Part shown: one piece after another, positions 24,408 to 33,097 of the stretch | Position numbering within the stretch: position 1 is the first letter of the stretch | How the letters are laid out: the number at the start of each line of letters is the position of its first letter | IMG/VR virus record: IMGVR_UViG_3300023180_000213 | Span: 1-33,097 of that record | DNA length: 33,097 bases | Origin: a virus | Lineage: Duplodnaviria; Caudoviricetes | Direction: 5' to 3' (one strand) | Position numbers and translations under genes: made by a program | The notes under the pieces: generated by a model | Told to the model about the DNA's origin: nothing | The model's database searches: none | What the model saw: only the letters and a program-made list of their open reading frames with translations

Positions 24408-27400
24408 ATGGCTAAAAAGCAAATTAAAAATTACGCCTTCAACCCAGGGGTTGCAGGGCAAGGTACTTTAAAATTTGTTGGTAGGTATACTGAAGAGCAA
24501 CTTCTTCTAATTACTAATGTATCTGCTGGTGAGGTTCTTGCTTCGTTTGCAGATGCTAATAAACCGACAGAATTAAGTTATATCCTGGTCAATCCATTAA
24601 GTACAGACCCAGATTTTCCTTCAGCACACAATGAGGCAGACTACCTCACAGTAATTACTTTCCTTTACGACACAACACAATTTAATTCTGGCGATTCTGT
24701 TCAGATCTTTGTAGAAGTTGATGAGCAAACTATTAGGCCATGGGACTTTGGTACGGACGCTATTGAGCGTATGCGTATCGCTGAACCACAGTCGATGCTT
24801 GACGCCGACTTTGAGTATGGCATCCAACCAACGAAGTGGCAGTCATTAGACCTCTTTAGAAACTATCCATCACTATACGAAATTCCTGGAACCTCGATTG
24901 GTATTTCTGCTATCTCAACAGATGCTTCATCAGGAACTAACTTCATTGGACCTTCACGTATCACCGTACAGTCTGTACTAGACCACGGTCTTTCCGAAGG
25001 CGATCCAATTAACGTTCGTGGTGTAGATGATTCTGTCTTTGGATACAGTAAAGCAGAAGGTTCTTTTGTTGTTGCTGGTGTTGTAACCCCAACAGAATTT
25101 ACTTTCTTTGCTAAAGGTAAGGTAGGAACTCTACAAGGAACTCAACTTCTAACAAACTTCACCGAAGTGAAGAAGTCTGGATTCTATACAGGAGCAGAAA
25201 TTGGATCTCCAACTCTAACAGTTCTCACACAAGGTGCTACTGGTAATGTTCTTTCTGATCAGACTTCAGCAGATGCACAGCCAATTATTGGTTTGAATGC
25301 TAACGCAGTTGTACCTCCTATCGGTGCTCCTATCATTGGTGTTGGTGTTGCTAGTGGTTCTCAAGTCACTGCAACTGTAGCAACCTCTTTTGATAAAGAA
25401 GTAACCACATCATTTACAGCACCAGTATCAAGTGTAATTCTAAATGATGTTACTAATATTGAGGTAGGACATGCTGTGTCCGATGGTGCGGGAGCTAACA
25501 TTTTTGTCACCAATGTTTCTGATAACGAAGTATTCTTTAGTGGTGACCTAACAGTAGATAAGAATGGTAACAACCTTTCTCAAAGTTTCCAAAACGTATC
25601 ACCAGTAAACTTCGGTCAAGGATTCGGAGCAAAATTTGATATAGCTAGAACTGGTGGTGTATACAGTGCTACCGTTTCTACAACATCTTTCTTCTCAAAT
25701 CTAGAGGTATCTGGTTACTCGGGAACATTTGGAAATGGGACTCAATGGAATGTTGTTGTTGATCACAGCACTGGAACTTACACTACTGTAGTTCTTGTAA
25801 GTTCAGGTGTTGCTTTCTCGGCCACAGAAACTGTTACTATTGCTGGTACAGATCTTGGAGGAGCTTCCCCAGCAAACGATTTGGTCATTACTATTGACAC
25901 TGTAGATGCTGCTGGTTCTATTCTAACCTTCACTCCATCTGTTAGTGCTGTTGCTACAACCACCAACCCAAATGTTGGTCAACAATTTACTGCTGGAGAA
26001 ACTCTAGTTGTATACGGAACTCAACTTGATGGTGAGTCTCCTGCTAATGACCTAGAGATCAATGTAATTACTGTTGATACTGGCGGAGAGATTCTAACGT
26101 TCAACGTACAGGGTACTGGTATTTCGCCAAACCAGGACTATAACGGTTTGAGTCCATCTGGTGGAACTGGTACAAACTCCAACTTCAATATCCAAAGACT
26201 TGGCGGTGGTTTAGTTGAGACCCAACTATACGAACTAACTGTTGGTGGCATCATCGAAACAGATGATAATTTCCAATTAGACTTTACTGGTAACGTTGTT
26301 GGAACAGTAAGTTACACTGCACAGGCAGGAGATACATTCACTGCTGTTAGAAATGGATTGATCGATGCTATAAACACAGCATCAATTGCAGGAACAATTG
26401 ATGTATGGGCATCTGCAGGTGATACTTCTGAAGTTCTTTACATCGAGGGACTTACTGGAGGTGTAACTTTCGGTCTTACCGAGACCCTAACAGACGTTGG
26501 TGGTGCTGCTTCGGATGGACAAACACTGACTATAGTCGAAAACCGAGCAGCATCCAGCAGCAGTGGAACACCTGCATATAACGTTACTATCGCAAACCCT
26601 GGCAGCGACTATACTGTTGGAGACACTCTACTCATCTCTGGTAACGAACTTGGTGGCGTTTCACCAGAGAACGATCTCACTCTGAATATCCAAACCATTG
26701 ATGCTAATGGCGGAGTCTCTACATTCACTCAAGCAGGTGCTCCATCTAATGGAGATGCATCTTATGAGGCTTTGACCCCACAATCAGCAGCAGTTGGAGC
26801 AACAATTAAAGCAACTATCAATGATGCTGGTGATTATATTCCTGTAATTGGATCACCTGGAACTGGATATGAACTAGGTTATGAACTTTTAGTTGACGGA
26901 TCTCTTCTGGGTGCTGTGTCTCCTGACAATGACATGACTGTTACTATTACTAGTGTCGATTCGTCAGGATCTATCCTAGAAGCTACGGCCACTGGTAACC
27001 CAGCATCTGGAGATACGATTACTTTCAGGCCATCGATGACGATGAGCGAACCATTGTTCCAATTGGTTCCTAGCAGCACGTCATTCGCCTACAGTTCGAT
27101 TGCAAAGATCAACGCAGCATTTACTTCCAACCACGGTCTTCTACCAGGAAGTCAAATCCTTGTTGCAATTACATCAAATGGTGTAAACCACGATCTATGC
27201 TCTGGACCATTCTTTGTTGAGAGTGTTCCAACTCCAACATCGTTGACATACACTTCCAGATCTACTGGAAACGTTGCTTTAGGAACTCCACTAACAGGTT
27301 CTATTACAGCTAGATCCGATACGTTCTATATCCACAGACCATTTGATGGTGGTGTTCAGATCGGTACAGGATCTCCTGCACACGGAGCACAGGCAATTCG

Positions 27401-29462
27401 TCAGTCCAAGAAGTATATCAGATACCAGTCAGGTAAAGGTATCATGTATACCACTGGCGTTAACTTCGCTCCTTCTTATGATATCAGAAGTGTCATTGCA
27501 GAAGGAACTACTATCGGATCGAAGATAGAAGTCATTACTGACGACATCGATCACGGACTACAAGTTGGTGCAGAAGTAACTCTTGAGGGTATTACATCTG
27601 CTGGTTACAATGGTCTTTACACTGTTACCGAGATTGTTAATGAAAATACATTTAAGGTTGAGGCACAAGAAGTCCTAGAAGAAACTACCGCAAGGTTTGG
27701 AATTCAACCACAGGTGGGTCTCTATGCATGGAAAGGTGCTACTGTTAGATCTGGTTGTTTTGATGAACAGAATGGTATCTTCTTCCAGTATGACGGAACA
27801 AACTATGCTATCGGTTTGAGATCTTCCACTTTCCAGTTAGCAGGAACTCTATCTGTTGATTCAGGATCGAATGAAGTTACTGGATTTAACACCAGATTTA
27901 GAGAACAGTTGAAAGTTGGTGACAGAATTGTTCTTCGTGGTATGACTCACGTTGTTACTGGCATTGATGACAACACTACCATGTATGTCAATCCAGACTA
28001 CAGAGGAACCAGTAATTGTGTCAGTAGTAAAGCAGCAATTACAAGAGAACTAATTATTCCTCAAAGTCAATGGAACATTGACAAGTGTGATGGCACTGGT
28101 CAGTCTGGATATAAGATCAACGTTAATAAGATGCAGATGATCGGATTCCAGTATTCCTGGTATGGTGCTGGTTTCATTGACTGGATGCTACGTGGTCCTC
28201 GTGGAGATTACATCTTCCTACACAGACTCAAGAACAACAACCTCAACACAGAGGCATACATGAGATCTGGTAACCTTCCAGTTAGATATGAAGTTATTAA
28301 TGAAGGCCCTGGCGCAAGACTATCAAGTGATATCGATGCAGCAGCAACAGATATTACTCTAGATGATGCATCACTGTTCCCTAACTTTGGAACTTTGTAT
28401 ATCGATAACGAACTCATTCGTTACAATTCCAAGAATGGTAATGTCCTTTCTGGACTAACTAGAGAATCAGTATTCTCCAACTTTGCAGCAGGATCTCAAA
28501 GATCATATACTGCTGGACCAGCGGCTGCTCATACAGCAGAAACTGGTGTTGTTCTTGCCAGTGTAACTGCTACTCCACAGATCAATCACTGGGGTTCTGC
28601 ATTCTTGACTGATGGTAAGTTTGATGAAGATAGAGGATACATCTTCTCATACAGACTACCAACAATTCAGGTAGGTGTTATTAAGTCTACACTGTTCATG
28701 ATCCGTCTGGCACCTAGTGTATCCAATGCAATTGTTGGTGACCTCGGTGAAAGAGAACTAATCAACAGAGCACAATTGCTACTGAAGAACATTGATATTG
28801 TTGTGGAAGGTGGACAGAATACTCAAACGGTTATTGTTGAGGGTATTCTAAACCCATCCAACTATCCAGAAGTGCCAGCTGACGTTTCATGGGACGGTCT
28901 AAACAACCAGGGTGCTGGTGGACAACCATCATTTGCACAAATTGCTACTTCGGTTGACTGGGGTGTCACACAAACTTCTATTGCCGCAACAAACGCAATA
29001 GATAATGGCAGAAGAAACTATCATTACTTCAACCCTAGTGATGTTTCTGGGGTCAATATTGGTGACAACGTTTCTACAGTTGGCGCACAAGGCAAAAACT
29101 TCAGTGGTGGTGAAACTGTTACTGGTATCAATAATAGTAATGCATTCCCTGGTTTGGTATACATCACATTCTCTAGTAGTATCGATGCTGGTGCGGTTAA
29201 TCAAACGACCTTTACCTTCACATCACTTGCTGGTTCTACCGCACAACCAGGAGAACAGGTATTCTCATTCACGGCAGGTTGCGGCAGTGGAGACCGTGAT
29301 GGTATTGATCTATCTGGTCTTAAGGAACTCACCAACACTCCAATCGGAGGAACAGGTGCATTCCCCAATGGTCCTGACGTATTAGCGATCAACGCATTCC
29401 TATCTAATGGATCTGATGTTGACGTTACGATCAACTTGAGATGGTCCGAAGCACAGGCATAA
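24408..29462 (+). CDS. large virion structural or fibre protein (1684 aa)
   Basis: Long G/T/S/V-rich ORF with DADFEYG.QPTKW, HRPFDGGV and YQSGKG blocks and four G..L.G.SP.ND(L/M).I repeats; directly upstream of gp13. Confidence 0.8.
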   Translation: MAKKQIKNYAFNPGVAGQGTLKFVGRYTEEQLLLITNVSAGEVLASFADANKPTELSYILVNPLSTDPDFPSAHNEADYLTVITFLYDTTQFNSGDSVQIFVEVDEQTIRPWDFGTDAIERMRIAEPQSMLDADFEYGIQPTKWQSLDLFRNYPSLYEIPGTSIGISAISTDASSGTNFIGPSRITVQSVLDHGLSEGDPINVRGVDDSVFGYSKAEGSFVVAGVVTPTEFTFFAKGKVGTLQGTQLLTNFTEVKKSGFYTGAEIGSPTLTVLTQGATGNVLSDQTSADAQPIIGLNANAVVPPIGAPIIGVGVASGSQVTATVATSFDKEVTTSFTAPVSSVILNDVTNIEVGHAVSDGAGANIFVTNVSDNEVFFSGDLTVDKNGNNLSQSFQNVSPVNFGQGFGAKFDIARTGGVYSATVSTTSFFSNLEVSGYSGTFGNGTQWNVVVDHSTGTYTTVVLVSSGVAFSATETVTIAGTDLGGASPANDLVITIDTVDAAGSILTFTPSVSAVATTTNPNVGQQFTAGETLVVYGTQLDGESPANDLEINVITVDTGGEILTFNVQGTGISPNQDYNGLSPSGGTGTNSNFNIQRLGGGLVETQLYELTVGGIIETDDNFQLDFTGNVVGTVSYTAQAGDTFTAVRNGLIDAINTASIAGTIDVWASAGDTSEVLYIEGLTGGVTFGLTETLTDVGGAASDGQTLTIVENRAASSSSGTPAYNVTIANPGSDYTVGDTLLISGNELGGVSPENDLTLNIQTIDANGGVSTFTQAGAPSNGDASYEALTPQSAAVGATIKATINDAGDYIPVIGSPGTGYELGYELLVDGSLLGAVSPDNDMTVTITSVDSSGSILEATATGNPASGDTITFRPSMTMSEPLFQLVPSSTSFAYSSIAKINAAFTSNHGLLPGSQILVAITSNGVNHDLCSGPFFVESVPTPTSLTYTSRSTGNVALGTPLTGSITARSDTFYIHRPFDGGVQIGTGSPAHGAQAIRQSKKYIRYQSGKGIMYTTGVNFAPSYDIRSVIAEGTTIGSKIEVITDDIDHGLQVGAEVTLEGITSAGYNGLYTVTEIVNENTFKVEAQEVLEETTARFGIQPQVGLYAWKGATVRSGCFDEQNGIFFQYDGTNYAIGLRSSTFQLAGTLSVDSGSNEVTGFNTRFREQLKVGDRIVLRGMTHVVTGIDDNTTMYVNPDYRGTSNCVSSKAAITRELIIPQSQWNIDKCDGTGQSGYKINVNKMQMIGFQYSWYGAGFIDWMLRGPRGDYIFLHRLKNNNLNTEAYMRSGNLPVRYEVINEGPGARLSSDIDAAATDITLDDASLFPNFGTLYIDNELIRYNSKNGNVLSGLTRESVFSNFAAGSQRSYTAGPAAAHTAETGVVLASVTATPQINHWGSAFLTDGKFDEDRGYIFSYRLPTIQVGVIKSTLFMIRLAPSVSNAIVGDLGERELINRAQLLLKNIDIVVEGGQNTQTVIVEGILNPSNYPEVPADVSWDGLNNQGAGGQPSFAQIATSVDWGVTQTSIAATNAIDNGRRNYHYFNPSDVSGVNIGDNVSTVGAQGKNFSGGETVTGINNSNAFPGLVYITFSSSIDAGAVNQTTFTFTSLAGSTAQPGEQVFSFTAGCGSGDRDGIDLSGLKELTNTPIGGTGAFPNGPDVLAINAFLSNGSDVDVTINLRWSEAQA

Positions 29463-29472
29463 GGAGTAACTA

Positions 29473-30303
29473 ATGGCAGAACCCGCATCTAGAGCAGAAC
29501 TTAAAGAGTATTGCTTAAGGCGTTTAGGTCATCCAGTTCTTGAAATTAACGTAGATGATGATCAGCTGGATGACTTAATTGATGACGCTTTTCAATACTA
29601 TAGAGAGCGTCATTTTGATGGCGTCGAAAAGATGTATCTCAAACATGAGATTACGGCAGACGATGTAACACGTTTTGATTCATCTGACGAAACATCATCG
29701 ACGCTAGCTCCTGATGCAGCGACATGGGTCAATAGAAATAACTTTATTGAGATTCCAGAGCATGTAGTTGGTATCTCAAAAGTGTTTGGTGTGTCTTCTA
29801 ACTGGGTTCGTAATGATCTGTTTGGATTGAGCAACCAATACTTCCTTATGGATATTTTCTCTTTCTCATCAGGATTTGCTTTTGGCAACTTTGATATGAC
29901 GAACTATTATATGATTCGTCAATATTTTGAGACTCTCGACATGGTTGTCAATACTGGAGCTTTAGTCCAGTTTAGATTCAATCAAAGACAAGATAGACTG
30001 TTTATTGATATCGATAAGGCAAGACTGGCCGAAGGTAACTATCTTCTGATTGAGTGCTATCGATATCTAAACCCAGATGATTACACCCAGGTCTACAATG
30101 ATAGTTTCGTAAAGCAGTATCTAACTGCACTGATCAAGAGACAATGGGGTCAGAACTTAATCAAGTTTAACAACGTACAATTGCCTGGTGGCGTGTCACT
30201 AAACGGCAGACAATTATTTGAGGATGCACAGAAAGAGATTGATGCTCTCATGGAGAAGAGCGCAACCTATTATGAACTTCCCCCAATGGATATGATCGGA
30301 TGA
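29473..30303 (+). CDS. gp13: neck protein gp13
   Basis: ELKEYCLRRLGHPVLEINVDDDQ...IDDA.QY..E.HFDG and K.QWGQNL.KF....LPGGV.LNG motifs; AAGGAG RBS. Confidence 0.95.
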   Translation: MAEPASRAELKEYCLRRLGHPVLEINVDDDQLDDLIDDAFQYYRERHFDGVEKMYLKHEITADDVTRFDSSDETSSTLAPDAATWVNRNNFIEIPEHVVGISKVFGVSSNWVRNDLFGLSNQYFLMDIFSFSSGFAFGNFDMTNYYMIRQYFETLDMVVNTGALVQFRFNQRQDRLFIDIDKARLAEGNYLLIECYRYLNPDDYTQVYNDSFVKQYLTALIKRQWGQNLIKFNNVQLPGGVSLNGRQLFEDAQKEIDALMEKSATYYELPPMDMIG

Positions 30304-31181
30304 AGAGCATTTATTTTCCACAGCACGGTGGTGTCAACACCGAGCAGAACCTTATCCAAAGTTTAGTTGACGAACAGATCAGATTGTTCGGCAGTGATGT
30401 TTATTATCTTCCACGGAAGATGATCAAAGATGTAGCACTCAACGATGTATTGTATTCAGAGTTCAAGACTCAATACATGATCGAGATGCTGCTGATCAAC
30501 GTAGAGGGTTTTGGATCAGCACCATCAGAATTTATCAGCAAGTTTGGTCTACGTATTACTGATGAAATTACAATGGTGGTATCACAGAACAGATGGAGTC
30601 AGGTATTCCAAGAGTTTGCCGACATCACTACTGTAGATGGTAGACCTAATGAAGGAGATTTAATCTATCTTCCTCTTACCGAAGATCTATATGAGATCAA
30701 GTTTGTAGAAAGAGAAGCACCCTTCTATCAGTTAGGTAAGAACTATATCTATACAATGACTGCCGAAATTTATGAGCTTGGCAACGACGAGTTCGAGACT
30801 GGTATTGAAGAGATTGATGAGATCGAAGAGATCTTCGCACCTTCGATTACTATTGATATGGATCCAGCGGCTACCACACATTACATTCAAGGCGAGACAG
30901 TAACTGGTGGAACTACTGGAACAACTGCTGAAGTATCCTTCTGGGATAGAGATAATCACAAACTCACACTTATCAACAGAAACGGTAACTTTACCCCTGG
31001 AGAGACCATCACTGGATCTGAAAGTGGCGTTGTTCAAGACAGCGTAGAAGTCGATAACTTGACTCTAGAAAACGTTGAGTACGCCGACAATAAATATATT
31101 GAAACAACAGCTGATGATCTTCTCGACTTCACCGAGAGGAACCCATTCGGTGAGTATGGTAAAGTAACTGGTGAGTTCTGA
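30300..31181 (+). CDS. gp14: neck protein gp14
   Basis: EQI...G.DVYYLPR, SKFGL...DE, RPNEGDLIY.P, PFYQLGK and DFTE.NPFG motifs; follows gp13. Confidence 0.95.
   Translation: MKSIYFPQHGGVNTEQNLIQSLVDEQIRLFGSDVYYLPRKMIKDVALNDVLYSEFKTQYMIEMLLINVEGFGSAPSEFISKFGLRITDEITMVVSQNRWSQVFQEFADITTVDGRPNEGDLIYLPLTEDLYEIKFVEREAPFYQLGKNYIYTMTAEIYELGNDEFETGIEEIDEIEEIFAPSITIDMDPAATTHYIQGETVTGGTTGTTAEVSFWDRDNHKLTLINRNGNFTPGETITGSESGVVQDSVEVDNLTLENVEYADNKYIETTADDLLDFTERNPFGEYGKVTGEF
31089..31096 (+). promoter_or_regulatory. possible internal late promoter AATAAATA for gp15
   Basis: NATAAATA 85 nt upstream of gp15, inside gp14. Confidence 0.45.
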
Positions 31182-31984
31182 TGTTAGGTCCACATTTTTA
31201 TAACGAAGCGATTAGAAAAACAGTAATCGGTTTCGGTACACTATTCAACAACATTGAAGTCAGGAAGTACGATCCGTCAACTGGTGACGTGATTGAAGCC
31301 GAGAAAGTTCCTTTGGCGTATGGTCCCAAGAATAAATTCTTGACACGTCTTGAGCAGAATCCTGACGTTGACAAGAAAGTTGCTATTACACTACCACGTC
31401 TCTACTTTGAGATGACTGGTATTAACTATGATGGTGCGAGAAAGACTGCGCCTACACAGAAATATAAAACAGTCATCAGTGATGACGGAACTGAAATTAA
31501 GATGCAGTATGTTCCTGTTCCATATAATATGGAGTTTGAACTTGGCATCATCTCTAAATCGCAAGATGATGGACTACAGATTCTTGAACAGATCTTACCA
31601 TACTTCCAACCTAACTTTAATATCACTGTCAATATGATCAGTGATATGAATGAAAAGAAAGACATCTCTATTATTCTCAATGGCATTAACCACGAAGATG
31701 ACTGGGATGGGGACTTCTTAAACCGAAGATTTATTACTTGGACTCTTAACTTTACCGCCAAGTCTTACATCTACGGTCCTTACAGCAACAGCGGTCTTAT
31801 CAAGAAGGCAACTGTATACGAATCAATTGGAGATCCTGATCAGAACAAGCGTGCAGTTGCACTCACATACACACCAAAAGCATTGGAAGATAAAAACAAT
31901 GATGGTGTTATCGATGCTGCTGACGACGCACTGGTTATTAGTACAGATGACTTTGGATTTAACGAGGGTATTGAATTGCTATGA
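31181..31984 (+). CDS. gp15: tail sheath stabiliser and completion protein gp15
   Basis: FYNE.IRK....FG.LFN.I, VPLAYGPK.KF, LPR..FEM and QILEQILPYFQP motifs. Confidence 0.95.
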   Translation: MLGPHFYNEAIRKTVIGFGTLFNNIEVRKYDPSTGDVIEAEKVPLAYGPKNKFLTRLEQNPDVDKKVAITLPRLYFEMTGINYDGARKTAPTQKYKTVISDDGTEIKMQYVPVPYNMEFELGIISKSQDDGLQILEQILPYFQPNFNITVNMISDMNEKKDISIILNGINHEDDWDGDFLNRRFITWTLNFTAKSYIYGPYSNSGLIKKATVYESIGDPDQNKRAVALTYTPKALEDKNNDGVIDAADDALVISTDDFGFNEGIELL

Positions 31985-32421
31985 ACGAATTTGAAAAGAA
32001 CATGGAAGATATCTTCGATATCGAAGTTGAAACTACAGACATTGAACCAGTCGAAGAATCTAAACCATCCAAGCCTGTTCCAAAGAAAGAGGACAAGGAT
32101 GATCAAAGTAAAGACTACGAATATTCAAGAGCACAACTATACAATCTCATAGACAAGGGTCAGGAGGCGCTCAACGGGGCGTTAGAGGTCGCACAGGAGT
32201 CAGGGCACCCAAGAGCGTATGAAGTCGCTGTGAACGCCATGAAGCAGGTTGCAGACACCACTGACAAACTGATTGACCTACAGAAGAAAATGAAAGATCT
32301 TGAGGCACCTACCAAGCGTGAGACTAACAACACCACGAACAATCTATTTGTGGGTAGTACAGCAGACCTTCAAAAAATGCTCAAACAAATAAATAAGAAA
32401 GAAGAGTCTGGAGAGTCATGA
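31981..32421 (+). CDS. gp16: terminase small subunit gp16
   Basis: DYEYSR..L, A.ES.HPRAYEV and NNLFVGSTADLQKML motifs. Confidence 0.93.
   Translation: MNEFEKNMEDIFDIEVETTDIEPVEESKPSKPVPKKEDKDDQSKDYEYSRAQLYNLIDKGQEALNGALEVAQESGHPRAYEVAVNAMKQVADTTDKLIDLQKKMKDLEAPTKRETNNTTNNLFVGSTADLQKMLKQINKKEESGES
32388..32395 (+). promoter_or_regulatory. possible late promoter AATAAATA at the 3' end of gp16
   Basis: NATAAATA 22 nt upstream of ATG 32418, followed by a GGAG RBS. Confidence 0.55.
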
Positions 32422-32693
32422 TCCTAAAACCAATTACTCCGTTAGTAGAAATTCCAGTAATCGGATCTGATATTTCTCTGGCTACTGTAGTGTCAGTATT
32501 GAATAACTCTGGTGCTCCATGTCAGATTAGAATCGATAATGGAGAAGCTGCTAACGATCAACCATCGATTGCTTTGGCAACTGGCGAGAGAGCAACGATT
32601 GCTAAAGATTCTTGGAATGAAATCTTTGCTGAAGATTTATCTGGCACTTCAGTTACTAATGTGTATGCTACCAAAATCGCTTACGGAAACTAA
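32418..32693 (+). CDS. small hypothetical protein
   Basis: 91 aa, GGAG RBS, ATGA coupling with gp16. Confidence 0.7.
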   Translation: MILKPITPLVEIPVIGSDISLATVVSVLNNSGAPCQIRIDNGEAANDQPSIALATGERATIAKDSWNEIFAEDLSGTSVTNVYATKIAYGN

Positions 32694-33097
32694 TGTCTAA
32701 CTTCAACTGGGACGAGAACTTCAGATTGAACGTTGCTAGAGGCAAGGTTCGTGGAGCATCAGTAAGAAATATCTTTGGTTTCAATCAATCAACTGGAACT
32801 ACAGTTAGAACTTTGTGGGAGTTGGCAGACACCACAGATTATCTGTTTCCAACTCAAGGAAGGAACATGACTGTTGCCAGTGATGTTGGCGACACTTCGG
32901 ATGATGGTGTCCAAGTTAGATTGATCGGTCTTGATGAGAACTACGAAGAGATCGCTGAAACTGTCACAATCAATGATGCTACACCACCAGTAACAACCAA
33001 CGCTTTCTTTCGTATCAACGATTTTATTACTGTTAGCGGTAATGCTACTGGAAATATCACTGCCAACTATCTAACCACAACACATGCCAGAATTACT
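32693..33097 (+). CDS. hypothetical, probably structural, phage protein (3' end outside window; absent from the ORF track)
   Basis: TAATG coupling; frame open to the window end: MSNFNWDENFRLNVARGKVRGASVRNIFGFN...LIGLDENYEEIAETVTIN...FFRIND... Confidence 0.75.
   Translation, partial: MSNFNWDENFRLNVARGKVRGASVRNIFGFNQSTGTTVRTLWELADTTDYLFPTQGRNMTVASDVGDTSDDGVQVRLIGLDENYEEIAETVTINDATPPVTTNAFFRINDFITVSGNATGNITANYLTTTHARIT

Noticed and set aside
1-33097. CRISPR arrays, tRNA or rRNA genes, introns, inteins, homing endonucleases and transposases
   Set aside because: Intergenic gaps are under about 90 nt, no regularly spaced repeat-spacer pattern or cloverleaf was seen, and no nuclease or splicing motifs were recognised.

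Overview
Late (virion morphogenesis) region of a T4-like myovirus, most likely a marine cyanomyovirus. The call rests on gp13-gp14-gp15-gp16 at the right end, recurring NATAAATA late promoters and cyanophage-type fibre genes. From left to right the window holds: the end of a tail-fibre gene; several structural or fibre genes, including a 1916-aa repeat protein with two inserted reelin-like jelly-roll domains and a 1090-aa CBM5/12-repeat plus beta-helix fibre; three paralogous Gly/Cys-rich adhesin-like genes and a fibre chaperone; and a sugar-modification cassette embedded among the structural genes. That cassette encodes a GT9-like glycosyltransferase, a NodU/CmcH carbamoyltransferase, HldC-like and HldA-like enzymes, a HAD phosphatase, a cupin isomerase and an antisense HldD-like epimerase. 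Two more structural genes, the neck and tail-completion genes and the small terminase follow. The best candidate for an undescribed system is a late-expressed NDP-heptose synthesis, transfer and carbamoylation pathway that may decorate the adjacent Cys-rich virion proteins, possibly by S-glycosylation. All family assignments come from motifs read by eye; no database search was run.
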